Under the pieces are notes generated by a model. The model was not told the origin of the DNA, made no database searches, and saw nothing but the letters and a program-made list of their open reading frames with translations. Positions 34,252 through 34,269 of a stretch of DNA of 34,269 nucleotides are shown piece by piece. Numbering within the stretch: the first letter of the stretch is position 1; each line of letters starts with the position of its first letter. This stretch comes from an uncultured Dehalococcoidia bacterium (lineage in GTDB: Bacteria > Chloroflexota > Dehalococcoidia > SHYD01), in contig CAZPYZ010000001.1 of NCBI GenBank assembly GCA_964590215.1, positions 1 through 34,269 of the forward strand. Reading direction: 5' to 3'. The position numbers were made by a program, and so were the translations under genes.

Positions 34252-34269
34252 TACTCTTGGCCCACCTTC

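Overview
This is a high-GC bacterial chromosomal segment, roughly 60-65% GC by eye. I found no rRNA, tRNA, CRISPR array or recognisable transposase, and I support about 41 protein-coding genes. The lineage cannot be fixed from the sequence. Gene content (CdaA/CdaR, PlsY, Uma2 nuclease, dxr-rseP-ispG-proS order) suggests a Terrabacteria lineage such as Chloroflexota/Thermomicrobia.

Layout, left to right:
- (1) Left edge: a partial ORF, an MBL-fold COG2248-like gene and a GlcG/HbpS-like gene on the minus strand. These are divergent from amtB.
- (2) amtB has no glnK. It is followed by a tiny 26-aa membrane ORF with its own SD and terminator, then an atypical receiver-like protein and gap.
- (3) An accessory stretch at about 4.97-10.3 kb. 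It holds a small hypothetical gene, a convergent Uma2 (DUF820) nuclease and a frameshifted paralogue of the small gene. Then come a cupin, a flavodoxin-like protein, a Zn-ADH, a GNAT, a MOSC protein and a retropepsin-like protease.
- (4) A 13-kb co-directional minus-strand string: rsmI, argF, cdaA, cdaR, der, plsY, gpsA, then a translationally coupled four-gene envelope-glycosylation-like module. The module is GT2, a YkgJ-type Cys-cluster protein, YfhO, and a second large polytopic membrane protein.
- (5) A plus-strand housekeeping cluster: rpsB-tsf-pyrH-frr-uppS-cdsA-dxr-rseP-ispG-[hicB/hicA-like]-proS. It is followed by a Tat-signal YtkA/FixH-like protein.

Most interesting signals:
- Two arrays of four nTnAC pentamers at an exact 11-bp period, upstream of amtB and of the micro-ORF. 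They resemble actinobacterial GlnR boxes.
- The GT2-YkgJ-YfhO-membrane module, joined by GTGA/ATGA overlaps.
- Diverged paralogues, one decayed, flanking the Uma2 gene.
- A hicA-like ORF with no canonical start codon and a perfect 15-bp in-frame tandem duplication.

All functional calls rest on motif recognition by eye in the supplied translations. No database search was run.
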